In this document: in pieces, positions 25,128-38,429 of the stretch
Layout: every line of letters begins with the position of its first letter
How positions within the stretch are numbered: the first letter of the stretch is position 1
NCBI GenBank assembly: GCA_016748015.1
Contig: JAAOMT010000502.1
Coordinates: 1-64,000, forward strand
Source of the DNA: Geosiphon pyriformis uo1
Lineage: Eukaryota > Fungi > Glomeromycota
Direction: 5' to 3'
DNA length: 64,000 bases
The notes under the pieces: model-generated
Told to the model about the DNA's origin: nothing
The model's input: only the letters and a program-made list of their open reading frames with translations
The model's database searches: none
Translations under genes and position numbers: made by a program

Positions 25128-25932
25128 ACTTTTGGGACTTTAAAACTGGTAACACTACTGAATTGAATAGTATTAACATAGAAAAAAAGTGTTTGATAAA
25201 AAAAATTAATGTTGATTATGATAAAAAAAATACTTCTAATAAAGAAAAATTTAATTAAATACTAAAAAATTTATGAGTTAAGACCAAAAAAGTATTAAGA
25301 ATGCTTTTAAAAAAAATCAACTTTTTAAGTAATAAAGATGATAATATTTTATTAAATACCTTACCAGTTTTTTTTTTTTTAAAAAATCTAGTCAATATTT
25401 CTGTTAGAAAGTTGTTTGCTCTGAATATTAGTTTAGATAATGTTGTTACAAAATTTTCTTAAGACAAGTTTTTAGTAATTAAAAAATTGTTTTCAAAAAT
25501 CAATGATTTTAAGGGAAATATTTAGTTCTTCAAAATTTGTTAAAATTATCAAAGCTATATTTACTTTTGAATTTAGCTTGATATAAATAACTGAGTTAGC
25601 AAAAGTTAGAAATATTATTGTAAATACCAATCTCAAAAAATTAACAATGTATTTAAATCAGACTGTGATAATAAAAAAGATCTTAATTAGAATATTAACT
25701 AAGACTATATATAATGTACTATTTGAATATAAAAAAATTAAGTCAATTAAAATACAACTGGTAAAGTTATGACAAAAAACTGTAGTTAAATTTGGTTATT
25801 CAGATTATGCCAATCTAGTTATAATAAAGTAGTCTGTCTTAATTAAAAAGAATACAATATACATAGTTAAAGCTAATATAGACAAGAAATCTTGAGATAC
25901 AAGAAACCAAAATAGAGCACTGCTCTACACAT

Positions 25933-26696
25933 TGTTACTCATAAAAAAAAACAAATATAGAAAAATAGTAGATTAATAAGGAAGTAGTAGTTAGTATATG
26001 AACACGTTGCTTAGCAATGTAAAGCAATATCAAAAATTATGGCACATCATTCAGCAATATAGAGCAATATTAGAAAATTAGGGCACATTCCTCAGCAATG
26101 TGAACATTGCTTAAAAAATCATAGCACATTGCATGGGAATATAAACAATCTCATAGAACATAAATTAGGTATATATAGTAGTAGTATTAAAAGCAGAAAA
26201 AACAGATCTCTTAGTTTAGATTTGATTTAAGCAACCTTTTCCATTCACAAATATCAATAAATAATTATTCATTATCTCAATCTACTCTCTATTATCAACA
26301 CTTTATGTTGATAGTAATTGATACTTAACCACACTGAAACAATAGCTTTTGATTACAGCTATTAATGGGATACTAACTTATAACTGTCTTGGCTTATTTT
26401 TTTTTATTTTTTTTATTTTCTTTGTTATTCTTTTTGTTTTACTAATTGATTGAAGATTAAGCACTAAATTATTAATGTCATAGATAGCCTGATAAAAGAC
26501 CCAGAAATAAGGGTAACATCATATATATTATCAGATAGCTTACTAGAAAGACATAACTGCCAGAATAAAACTGGCTGCCAAGCTAAAAAAAAAATTGGGC
26601 AAAATTGCAATTCCAGAAACCACCATCATCTTATTAATTGAGCACCAAGTTATAGGTTTGTTATTTAATTGAGACTCCAAGTAATCATCTGTAACA
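25933..26696 (+). mobile_element. Solo LTR of the same Gypsy family (variant U5), 764 bp
   Basis: TGTTAC...GTAACA termini; 4-bp TSD ACAT (25929-32, 26697-700); colinear with the 5' LTR; no PBS or PPT. Confidence 0.95.
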
Positions 26697-27543
26697 ACAT
26701 TATTAGTAAAAATAAATGCTTATAATATTTGGAATTTTATTAGTTTTGTGGATAAGAAAACATATGTCATGAATTATTATTTAATCATATATGTTTAAGT
26801 TAGTTATATAGTAATTTGTTTTAATTTTGTTGAATCATTAAATACTGTTATGAAAACTATGTCAGTGCTAAAAAACCCAATTTGCATTGGTTCTGTTTGA
26901 GTTTAATTAAATATACAAAGTATAAGAATTCAGATCATATATTATTAAGCTGTATTATGAGTAAAAAAGTATCTTTTAGTGACTTAATTCATAAAAGCTT
27001 ATTAAAGACAAATAAAAGCAGATTAGTAAACATTTAAGTTAAATATTTAACACTTATTGTTTGTTCTGTCTTTTTTGATAACATTTTTTAGACTAAGACA
27101 ATTGGTAAATTCTCTTTCCTTTTTCTTTCTATGCAAAATAGTTTAGTGAATTTTGGCTTTTCTTTAAAGATAAAGCTTATTCTATTTGTATTAGATAATT
27201 TGAATATTAGGTTTGCTGCTTTTAAGTACAGTTTTATTAGTTTTATAGAACAAATTGGTAAGTTGGCTAAATGATTGAATACACTTAGGCTAATAGTTTT
27301 TTAGCTTAGCTTTAAATATTAGCCATTAATAACTTTTTTATCACAGAATCAAGAAACAAATATAGTAATAAGTAAAAGTTTAACTGTAGTTACTAGTAAT
27401 GAAACTGTTATAAGAATAGTATCTTTGAATTTATTAGTAATTTTTAAGTTGGAAAACAATTTAAGGAGTTTTTCAAATATGATTTTGTATTTTTTAGCCA
27501 AAATAAACAATAAAGATCTGAATTTGAGATCTTATTTATCTTA

Positions 27544-30500
27544 ATAACTAGTTTTGTTTAGAAAATTACTACATGTAACATTTAAAGTATCAATGTTTTT
27601 GTTAAGCAAAAAAATATTATTTGTTGGCATATAAATAATAAATACTTGGTTTTAATAATTTTAAAAACAAAATTGAAGTCTAATTACAGGTTTTGAATAA
27701 TGAACAAATTTGATAAAATTTAGGTTTTCATTTTTAAGCTAGAGAAAAACTTTTTAAGTGCTGGTATAATAGTAATTATAAATGTTTTTTTAGCTCATTA
27801 TGTGTTTAAAATCAAAGAAATTTTAAGTTGTCTAATTTTAGTTTAACTACTTTTCAAGAATAAGCTTTCAATAACGATTTTAAGCTTGTATATATGTACA
27901 ATTGTAGTGATACAAGCTAAGCAAACAATAGAAATAAATGTACTTATTGATAAAACTGTAAATTTTAGTTTTTTTATAATTATAAATAAGAATTTTAATG
28001 AAAATAGTTCTAAAAAAAATTTGTGTTATAAATTATGATTAAGTTTAGGTCTAGTTAATGTTCTTAGAAGTTAGTTTTTACTCAAGTTACTTGCATAATG
28101 CAATATAAGAGAAGTTGTAAAAATTATTGACTATTTATTTATTAGTAAGAATCTTTTGTTTTTATTAATTATACAGATAGTTAATAATATCTCTAAGTTT
28201 TTTAACACAGACCACAGAGCTGTTTTGTTTTTTGTTGAATTGGGTTGCTTATTAAATATACAATTAAGCATTGTTTAGAAATAAACAAACAAAAATCATT
28301 GAAAATTTAAGATTAAAGATATAAGTGATTTTAAGTAGATTAGTTATAAGAATCACATATTATTTATGCTTTTTTGGTAAAAAATAAGTTTGATAATGTC
28401 AATAGTAATAATAATTTAAACACAATATAGGAGATTTTATAATATATAATAGTAAATTCAGTAGATAAAGTGTTCTTTAAATTTTAATACAATAAAGTAA
28501 AGTGCTTTTCTAATAAACAATTATCAAAATTTTACAAGTTAAAATTATTGGTTGTTAAGCTTGTCAAAGCTCTAAGCATTGAAAACAAAATAAAATTCAA
28601 CTATTTTTTATAAATTTAGCTAATTACTAATTATGATAAAGTTTTAGAAATCCAAAACTTGGTTTAAGATAATGTGAAGTTAGCTAATATTTTTTTTGCT
28701 TATTGAAAATCAAGAAAAAATATTGCCAATCCAAGTTGTATTAATCAAAAATTATTGAAACTACAGTCATTAATATTGTTATTAAAACAAAAGTAGAAAA
28801 TTTTTGTTTAAATAAGAACTGCATAATTAAGAATATGCTGAAAAAATTCTTTTACAAAGTGGTATTGAATTACTTAATAGTTAATAAAAAACTAATTTTG
28901 GAACATAATAAGATCAGAACTAAAATAAATAAGATAATAAAAAACTAGATCAGAAAATAAAAGATTCTGGAATCTGTTTCTAAAATATGGACAAATCAAT
29001 ATGCTTCTTTAAAATACATAAATAATTATGTCTTTTCAAATATAATAGATGTTATTGATTATAAAAAAATAATTCAAGTAGTAAAAAAATTGTCAAACAA
29101 GAAAGCTATTAGTCTGAGTAATATACCCAATAAGTTGTAAAAATATTATAAAGATAATAATATAAGGTGTTTATTAAATTTGTTGAATTTTTATTTGTCT
29201 TTGAGTAAAATTCTTATGTTGTAAAGACATACTTGGGTCTTAATAATATCTAAGTTATATAAATAGAAAAAGATATTAATAAATACTCAATCTATTGCTC
29301 AATCAAAATAACAAAAAAAAATTTGGTCCAAAAGTTTTTTTAATAAAATTTTTTATATTTGTAGCAAATTTAATATGCTATATAAAAACAATTTTTTAGT
29401 GCTAAAAAGTACTTTAACACAGATTCCGATTTTAGTCATAGACTCTGTAATTAAGAATGTTTTAAAAAAAATAGAAAATTGTGGCTGGTTTTATAAAACA
29501 TACACAAAATATATGATTTGGTTAATTGACATCATTTATATAACAGCTTAATTATAATTAAGATATACAAATGCTTTATTAAATTCTTTGAGAATATTCA
29601 AAATGGAAGAGTTAATTGGATTATAACAAATTTTAGGCTTTTGGATTAGTAAGTGATTTGTAACAAACTTGATCAAAGAGAGGTTTTTTTTACTATTGTT
29701 GTAAAAAAATTTTTACGATCTTTTGTTTTACAAGATTAAAAAGCATAAATAATTATGTAGTTATAAGATAAATTTAAAATTTTTTACAAAAACTGGCAAA
29801 GCTAATCTTAAGAGTAGCAAAACTTTTTTTCTTGCTGTAAATGCTTTTGTTGATAATACTATCTGAATTGGAAATTGCATAGCAATAACTTAACATATTT
29901 TGAATATTGTGAATAAATTTTTTTTATTAATAATATTTCAATTAATATTGACAAGATAATTACTATTTTTATTAATTAAAAAACAAGAAAAGCTGTACTG
30001 TCTATCAATAATTCAAGAATTTTAGTAGTCAAAAATAACAAGTTTTATAAATATTTAAAGATTTTTTTGTTAACTGATAATTTGTTCAAACCAAACTTGA
30101 TCAAAGCTTATTCTGATATTAGATTTTTTTAAATATAATTTTAAAAAAAACTATTATTAAAAAACAATTTTTGTATCTGGTGTCTGTTGTTTTGTAGCCC
30201 ATAATTGGCTATAGGATACAGTTTGGTTGAGCTTTAAAAAGTATATATAAGAAATAGAACAAGATATTAAAAAAACTAAAGCTTAAAGCCAATTTTTCTA
30301 AGAATTTTTTTAATAAAATATTATATTATCTTATATTGTATAGTTTTAAAATATTTAAGGATATGCTAACTGAGAATTTAATAACTAATTTGGTTAATTT
30401 TGTTAATATAAGTAGAATCTTCAGCAGTTTAATTAAATACAGAGCTATAAATTTATAGACTATTAACTAGATGCTTTGACATTCTCTTTGACTTTTAGTC

Positions 30501-32222
30501 AAGTTACTAATTAATTCTATAAATTGTTTTTTGGCAGATGTAATATGTGTTTTTATTTTTTGTAATTTGTCTTTAAATAACAATCTGCTTAATGTTTTTT
30601 GGATCAAAAGTAGTATTGTAGTTTTGAATATACTGAACTTAAATGTTTATATAAGTGTAATAAGATCTCTTAAAAAATTCAGCATTATTTTTGTTGACCA
30701 ACTTCTAGATTAACATGGTATGTGTTTTACATAAAACATATTTTGCAAGTAGAAAAAATTAGACTTTAAAAGTCTAATTTCTAACTAGTTTAAGTTACTA
30801 ACCAAGTTTATTAGTAATAATAATTTAGTGAATACTAAAGTGTTGGTTTTTTGTCTCACTTCTGTTGATTATTTTTGTAATTTTGGTTATATTAATGAAT
30901 ATTTGCTAAATTTTGAGTTAAGTAATATAATTGTTTACACAGATAGTTCTGTTAAGAATTTAAGTTCAATAAATACATATAAAGATACTACTGCTTATTT
31001 CTTAAATGTCAAAGTAAGTATTAGAATCGGAGTAAATAGTTTGCTTTTCTTAACTTTGATGAAATTACAGACTATTGCTTTTGCTTTAGATTGTATATCT
31101 GCTTTTAACTCTGTTATTTTGTTTATAAACAATCAGGTTTTATTGGATATATGCTATTTTAATGAAAATATATCTGGTTCTGATTTTTGCAGTAAATGTT
31201 GAATTAAAAAAAATATATTTGTTAAGTCATTTTAAGAAAAAGTTTGTTGGTTGCTTAGAAGAAAGTCAAAAATTATTTTGGTGTTATTGAGAATAAGTGT
31301 GCTAATTTTGTTGTTAAATCTAAGTTCACTTTGCCTCTTTAAGTGTTATGCCATTTTTTTAGCATTAAAGACAAACATGTTTCTAAAAATACTTATTATT
31401 TTATCAAAAGCTTGTTTAATACAGTTAATTTTGTTGGTTGAGAATTTAGGTATAATAATAATATTATGAATACAAACACTAATAACAGTTTTAATATTAT
31501 TCAAATTTTTAATGTTTAATACTTTGATGGCAAAATTTATTCTAAATACACTAATTTGTTATAAGTAGCACTTTAGTTATATTTTATAAAAGTATTGTAC
31601 TGCCACTTATTTGTGGCTAAAAGAAAAAAGTTGTATAATTTAAAATATACAAGTGTGGTTTGCATCCAATATAGAATGTTGAAGAATTTTAATCACATAT
31701 TTTTGTGTATACACAATAACAATATCAAAGAAAAATTATTGTTAGATATTGTTTTAAAATAGAATAAATTATTGGGTGTATCTGCTAAAGAGAATGTTGT
31801 TGTTTAAATTTTGTACAAAACCAAGTTGTTTGCTAAATTGTAAATATTATTGGCTAAAAACTTTATGCTAAAAAGTTGATTAGCTAATACAATACAATAC
31901 AATACAATATTTAAGTACTAAATCTGATAGTGGTATATTAGTTGTCAAATTGGTCTATGGTTTTGCTAAGGGCCACAGACCTGTCATTTGGTAACTGGCT
32001 GCAAGATTGAAATTCTACTATGAAAAGTATAATCTTTTGCTGTAAAATAGATTTGTCATTTTACTAGTCTTCAATTTATCGTTTTTGTGGTCTTTTAAGT
32101 TGATTCACAGTTTTAGTGTTAGATTAGGCATCCATGTTTGCTTTAGGTTACACTCATGTTTGTTCAGATTGAGTTTTGGTTTTTTGAGAGATGTTTTTTT
32201 AATAAGCAATTTAAGTGTGTAA
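27544..32222 (+). pseudogene. LINE ORF2: APE endonuclease, RT, RNase H, C-terminal Cys/His motif
   Basis: APE start (M)TSFV*KITTCNI; RT LDQREVF (QGE-like) and AFVDNTI (<FVDD, ~29845); RNase H IIVYTDSSVK...LTLMKLQTIAFAL (30828-31202); decayed Cys/His motif ~31660-31710; stop at 32220. Confidence 0.88.
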
Positions 32223-33445
32223 TGCTGCCTTGATTGGTCTGAGTGGCTAGTCACGTGTAGAAAAAGCATGAGCCATGCTTAATTTAGAATCTTGTTTGAT
32301 TTTATGTCCTTAGATAGTGGTTGGACTGCACTCGTAAAACAAAATATATATATATATAAATATAAAAGTTATTATTTATTTATTTTAATTTCTTAAAAAC
32401 ACAATTTAAAATAGTTTAAAATTTTCTATTCACTTAAAATAACATAATTTTTTATAAGAGTTTAACAAAAAAACTGGTGATAAAATTTTTTATTTTTATC
32501 AAAAAAATTATTTCAAAATTTTTCAGTCTCGGTTAAAATATTTAGTGTTTTATAAAATTTTAAATATTATATTCCACGTTTAAAATTTTCAAAGCTTTCA
32601 TTAAAACTTAAAATATAATAAAATTTGTGAATCAATTGATAATTTATGTTGATAATTAATATTAAATTTTATTAAATTACTTTATAAGATTTGTGAATTT
32701 AAAATAGAATAAAATATTATTAAATTTTTAAAAAATTAAAATTAGGATCTATCTTTGTATGGCTTAATAAATAATTAAAAATCTTTTGATCCTTTTTTTA
32801 TTAATAAAACTTGAGTTAAAATAATTACCAGTAATTAATTAATTGTTTCGCTATATATGGAATCTCTATTAAAAGAAGCCAACGAACGAACGAAAATACT
32901 AAAGAATTTTTTTCTTTCTTTAATGTTGAAACACATTTACCAACAAAGTTTTTCTTATTAGAAATATATTGCGTAATTAAAATGTGTACAAAAAAGGCTT
33001 CTCATTGATTAGATAAGCTATTCGGGGGAATTTTCACCTCGTTCCTTCCTTGCGATAATTTTTTTTATTACCTCGACATCTGAGAATTCAAAAATTTATA
33101 TTTCCTAATATCATAAGATACAAAACGTGAAACAAACAAATAAACAAACAAAAAAACCTCATTCGAGATTTTTAAAAGATGAACCTCATTTTATTGAAAA
33201 AGTTTCTTTGTCAATCAATACCGATGATAATCAATGTAGAAAATTTAGTAACTTGTTTATTAAATATCTAAACCTTTAGTACAGGTTAACAAATCAATTA
33301 TTTTTTTTCTAATCTTAATCTTTACCCTTCTCATTTGGCCACCCTCCCTAACTAATTTGCCACCCTCCTATTAATTTAAGTTTATAATAGTTAAAGTCAT
33401 AAGAGAATTTTGAATCCTTTTAAGATATTTCAACATAAAATATTT

Positions 33446-33750
33446 TTATGAAATACCTGAAGGAGCACATTGAGCCTCACCACAAGTATTGCATGAAGGT
33501 TGTTTAGTTACCACACATTCATAGCCAGAGGGGCATTCGCCACAGAAAGGAGGAGCAAAACACTCTATACATGCAGGCCCTGTTTAAAAAGAAACAGAGT
33601 TAAGAGTGAAAGAGAGAGTGATGAGTGTTGAATTAATTTAATTTATTTAATATTATAAATTAACTCTTGCTTACTAGCAGAAGAAGTGGAAACAAAGATG
33701 GCAAATATAATTGCAAAAACTGATACGATCAAGATTTGAAAGTTTCTCAT
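33446..33750 (-). CDS. Small secreted cysteine-rich protein, Opy2-like 8-Cys domain, 69 aa (exons 33750-33675, 33579-33446)
   Basis: Signal peptide MRNFQILIVSVFAIIFAIFVSTSSA; GTAAG..CAG intron; mature RPACIECFAPPFCGECPSGYECVVTKQPSCNTCGEAQCAPSGIS. An alternative third exon (33367-33348, ..SGGWQIS*) is possible. Absent from the ORF track. Confidence 0.85.
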
Positions 33751-34582
33751 TTTAGAATATAATTTTGTTCGGTTTGAAAGAGAAATAGAGGTTTTTGGAT
33801 TTTTTTCCGTCATGTTTTCTTCTCGTTACGATAGGTTTTTATATGATTCAGCCCAGAGAATGTAAGGGGCTCAAGTACTCTTGAAGGGTGTAATGTTTAT
33901 CAGTTAAAATGGGCTGTGTAACAAATTTTTATCGATTTTTAGAATCTCTTAGAAAGCCACCCTCAATAGAAACTGAATAATCATAAATTTTAGAATTACA
34001 CAAAAATCTTTTTGCCCCACTTTTAGCTAACCATTTTAATAATACATTTTATATTCTAAATAGTTATTGAAAACAAAAAATATATGTATTGCTTTCCTAA
34101 TTTATATTTCAAAAGAGTTATGTTGTAACGACTTTGAGAACAAAGAGAGAATCAACAGAAATCTGAAGATTCGACTTTTTCCACGATGGTGAGAAAACAT
34201 TGTATGATTGGGTTATATTCAAGGTTCAGAATTCGTTACTATTTGTTTTATTGTCTATTAAAAAGTTTCCCATCTCAGTTTTTCTACCGTACAGGTAAAG
34301 CCTAGAGAGAGAAAGAGAATGAAATCTAGGGAAGAGAATCAAATTAGAGTTTAACATTTTTGTGATTTAAACTAAGTTAACCTTATGTTTTATCAATTAC
34401 ATAGCAAAATGGCAACTTTAGAGGTTTAAAATATGTTTATTAATGAATCTTGTGAAAAATTGATTTTAGAAAAAAGAAGACGAACCATCGTTGATATGAT
34501 ACATCAACACTCTCGGCTCTCAAATTTAGAATCGACAAAAATTATGCACAAATTTTTAAACATTATAAAGGATTCCTTTCGA

Positions 34583-34598
34583 TTATTATTATTATTAC

Positions 34599-34637
<39 letters not shown>

Positions 34638-34686
34638 CATTATTATTATTATTATTATTATTGTTGTTGTTGTTGTTGTTGTTGTT
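34583..34686. repeat. (TTA)n(TTG)n microsatellite
   Basis: Direct inspection. Confidence 0.95.
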
Positions 34687-37600
34687 TTAGTCTAATTTTT
34701 TTCAGAGCTGGATTATGTGTGTAATTGTTTATAATTTGAAATTTCATGTTAAAATTTTGCCTTTTATAAAAAAACACTAATTCTGTTTTGAAATTTAAAT
34801 TTACTTGCTATTTTGTATATTTAATAATAATCAAGTTGTTTAGACTGATAGAGATTGTCTGGAATCCTAATGTCATTATCTTATTGGTATTTTAATTTAA
34901 AATAAAATGCTTATAAAAATTAGTTGTTTATAGCGTAAGATATGCTATTTCAAAAGATAAAAACTGTAAAGACGCGGAAAATTCTCTTTCAAATCAAACT
35001 AACTTTATAGAACTATGTGTTAATTAATATTTTCATTGAAATAGATTCCAGATTTAATTCAATATGTGAGGTTATTAAAATTTACTTGATAAAGTGTTGA
35101 AACATTATAAATATATTAAATTAAGAAGATTTTATATTTGAAAAAAAATTTCTATTCCTGGAAAAAAAATTATATATATCTATACTTTTTTCTATCTTAG
35201 AACCCTAATATTCTATGATTGTGTTCAAGCTTAAAGTTTCGTTAAATAATCGATTGGGTGGGTGGTATAACATTTTTTGACTCATTTATGGATGTTGGGA
35301 AACTCTTAATAATTAATGCTGAATCGGAATCAGAAATGAAATTTTTCATTATATATTTTTTCAAGTTGCACTAGAATTTAGATCAATTATTTATAAAAGC
35401 AATAATAAGTGATTTAAATTTCCGCTAGCAAAATCGGATACATGTAAATATTTCTCATTTGAAAATTACATTTTTTAAAAAGCCACTAATTTTATTAATA
35501 TAAAATTTATTATCAATTCTTTCACCTTACTCTCAATATCAACTCACAATGGCACAACATTGAATTTCATTAATTGATTAGCATAGTTTTTGGCAAATAA
35601 TTCCATTTTTCAACCATATATTGCTCCAAATCGTTTATATTTTGCAGCATTTTTGTTTTTTACTTCACATTTAACGATTGCCCAATAAGACTTAGATGAC
35701 TAGACGGCAGCCAATAAATAAAGTTGGGTGTATCTTTCACAAGAAATGCTTAGCTATTTCACTTGTTTGTTTACAATTGTTATCCTTTTGAAAGCACTAG
35801 TTCTTCCAAAATGTTTTTGGAAAATTTTAATATAAAACCTAGCATTCATAATATGCTAAAAAATGAAATAAGCTGGTTTTTCTCTTTATACAAAAACCAT
35901 CCAATAAAAACTTTTTTGTAGATTTCTTGTGGTTTTGAACGAATTGGTCATTTCAATTGTGTTTGAAAACAGTTGAATGTTTTTTTATCCAAAAATAAAG
36001 TTTTTTCCGGTTAGAATTAAAATAAAATTTGGCCCATTCAGCACGTTTCTGCTTTTGAACTTGGGTGAGCATTGGATTAGTAATTGATAAATTTTTTGTT
36101 ATGCAAGAGATTTTTAAATGTTTTCCAATTGTGCGATATGAAATTTCTACTTAATCTGTATCTAGTTTAGTAGCAATCTTTCGCAGAGACAAAGACCTAC
36201 TTTTCTCGATAATTGCTTTTGTGCTCAATTTTTCTTACTTTTTGACATTTTATCGTACAGTTGTGATCGGTAGCTTAGTGATTTTGGAACAGAAAGTCTC
36301 AGGGAAAGATTAGCTACATTTTTTAACTGACAGTGACTTTTGTCTGTTGATCGTCAAGAGTTTTTTGTCATACTGTATATAGTTTATTGGGAATAAGCAT
36401 AATTTTTTTTTCATTAAAAACGATTTTATTTTGTTATAAAAACACTTGATTTTAATAATTAAAAGTGACTTAAAATGTTATGAAATATATTACAAAGTCA
36501 AGATAATTATTACAAAAGTTAGTTTTTTTAAATACACTTTTATTTAAAATTAAGAAATTGTTGATCAATTTGTTATTTTTAATAATTTATTGTTTATATT
36601 TATATTTAGAAATTAATTGTATTTATTGTTAAACATCTTTTATTACTAAAATCATAACACAATTATTTGATTAATTGATTAATAATAGTTATTTTTAATA
36701 TCTTTCCCCTACGGAAAGTTTGAATGTTTCGAGAATATATTTAAATTAAGGGTGGACTGGATATAAGCCTTTAATTTTTATATCAACATTTTTATTTACA
36801 TTTTTAGTTGGGTGAATTGATTCAATCCAAAAGTAATTATATTTTTAGATTTTATAGCAATTTGTCATTTAAAAAATAGTTAGTGTCATATGGATGTAGT
36901 CCTTACTATATTTAAATTTTAAGCTTCTCGATAATAAAACCCATTCAAAAATTATTCTGCAAAGAAGAGTATAATAATATAATTGAAAAATAATATTAAA
37001 CATAACTAAAAATTATAATCAATTTTAAAAAAATAACAATTAGTACTTTTTTATTTTAAGATTAATTTTCAGCATAAATTTTTTAGCAAAATGATTTTTT
37101 ATAAAAAGTTTATAATATTTTAATTTTGCAGAAAGTTAAAAATTATAAACCTGAATTTCTAAAAACTTTGTAATTATATTTAAGTGCCTAAGATCTTATA
37201 ATTTTGAGTTTTTTTTTAAAAATTAATTGTAAAGTATTTTTTAAGTGGGTGAATGAAATCTAATTAATTTAAAAATTGACCAAATTCTATTGGGAATAGG
37301 TACCCTATTAAGTTTTGTAGTGAAATTTCCATTTGATTGAATTGGAAGTGAAGATAAAAGTTTGTTAGAAAAGACAAGGAGCCTTACCACTAACAAATAT
37401 TGTTCAGTGAAATTATAGGTCTGTTTAATTTCAACAGCAAATACTAAACAAAATAGGGATGACAATGGGCAAAAAATAACAAAAAAATTGGGAAAAGTAT
37501 CGACAGAGAATGTTAAAAATTTTCGAGCAATCAACAAATAATTATGGATCTAATTTAGAGACCTGAATACAGTCTCGGGCATTTTTTTTTAAATGAATTC

Positions 37601-38429
37601 TATTTCATGAAAATGTATAAAGAATAATAACAAAATAAGAAAGAGAAAAAAAAAATGATATGGAGGCCAAAAAAAGAGAAATTTCACAATATATAATATA
37701 TCGTTTAAAGAATTTATCATTATTTGGGAATAAAATTTCTCATATATAAACATACCTTTATAATATAATAAATATTTATTTTCATTGTATTAGTTAAATA
37801 GTTGATGAGTGATTTTTGTTTTAGTATCCTCGCCTCCAAGTAACAGAAAGTTCGAATTTTAAGCCACTTTAACAGGCTAGTTTCGTTAACCTTAAAAGGG
37901 AATATCAAAGTTAATCATGAAATAAATATGACTTATTCCGATAAAGTCCCATTATCTTAAAAGAACAAAAATAAGATTTCTACTTACCAATTTAATGAGA
38001 CTATAATTTTATAAAAGATGTAATCTAAAGGTTCTTTATTGATTTATTCATTTGCTTGCTTGTTTGTTTGTTTGTTTAGAACGACGAGAGAAAATAAGAA
38101 GGTTTATTGTCCATTTCTATTAGAAAATATTAAACGTTGCTATCTAACGAAAATACATGATTAGAAGTGCTTATTTGACATTATATAGTATTTAAAAGTA
38201 GCAAACCTACCTTGAGCTTATCTCCTCTAAAATTTTCAGACAGTATTATGAAGAAGACAAAGCATTTATTAAAAAATATTAGCATTTTAAGGTCAAAACG
38301 CTAAAACCAAATGATTTTTTTAAATTTTAATTTTCATCAGTGTCACATTAAATGTCAAGAATAATACTTGAAAATCTTGGGCTATTAATTTGATTTTGAT
38401 AATCACAAAGTTTCTGCTGGGCTTTGAGA

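Larger units (their letters stand above)
21557..27547 (+). pseudogene. LINE ORF1, split in three pieces (21557-21724, 25136-25932, 26701-27547)
   Basis: Reading continues across the hAT TSD (DYFW|DFKTGNTTE) and the solo-LTR TSD (RALLYT|LLVKINAYNIWNF); decayed CCHC knuckle near 26910-26955. Confidence 0.7.
11596..32335 (+). mobile_element. Full-length non-LTR retrotransposon (LINE; ORF1 + APE-RT-RNaseH ORF2), ~6.7 kb net, interrupted by three nested insertions
   Basis: ORF1 reads through the hAT and solo-LTR insertions once they and one TSD copy are removed; ORF2 domains are recognisable; A-rich 3' end at ~32336. Candidate flanking duplication AAAAAAAATATAT (~11584) and AAAACAAAATATAT (32336). 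The 5' boundary is approximate. Confidence 0.8.

Noticed and set aside
34433-34690. 85-aa ORF with poly-Leu 'transmembrane' tail
   Set aside because: The poly-Leu is the (TTA)n(TTG)n microsatellite.
37241-37537. 98-aa minus-strand ORF
   Set aside because: Starts at TTG, with no domain and no splice support.
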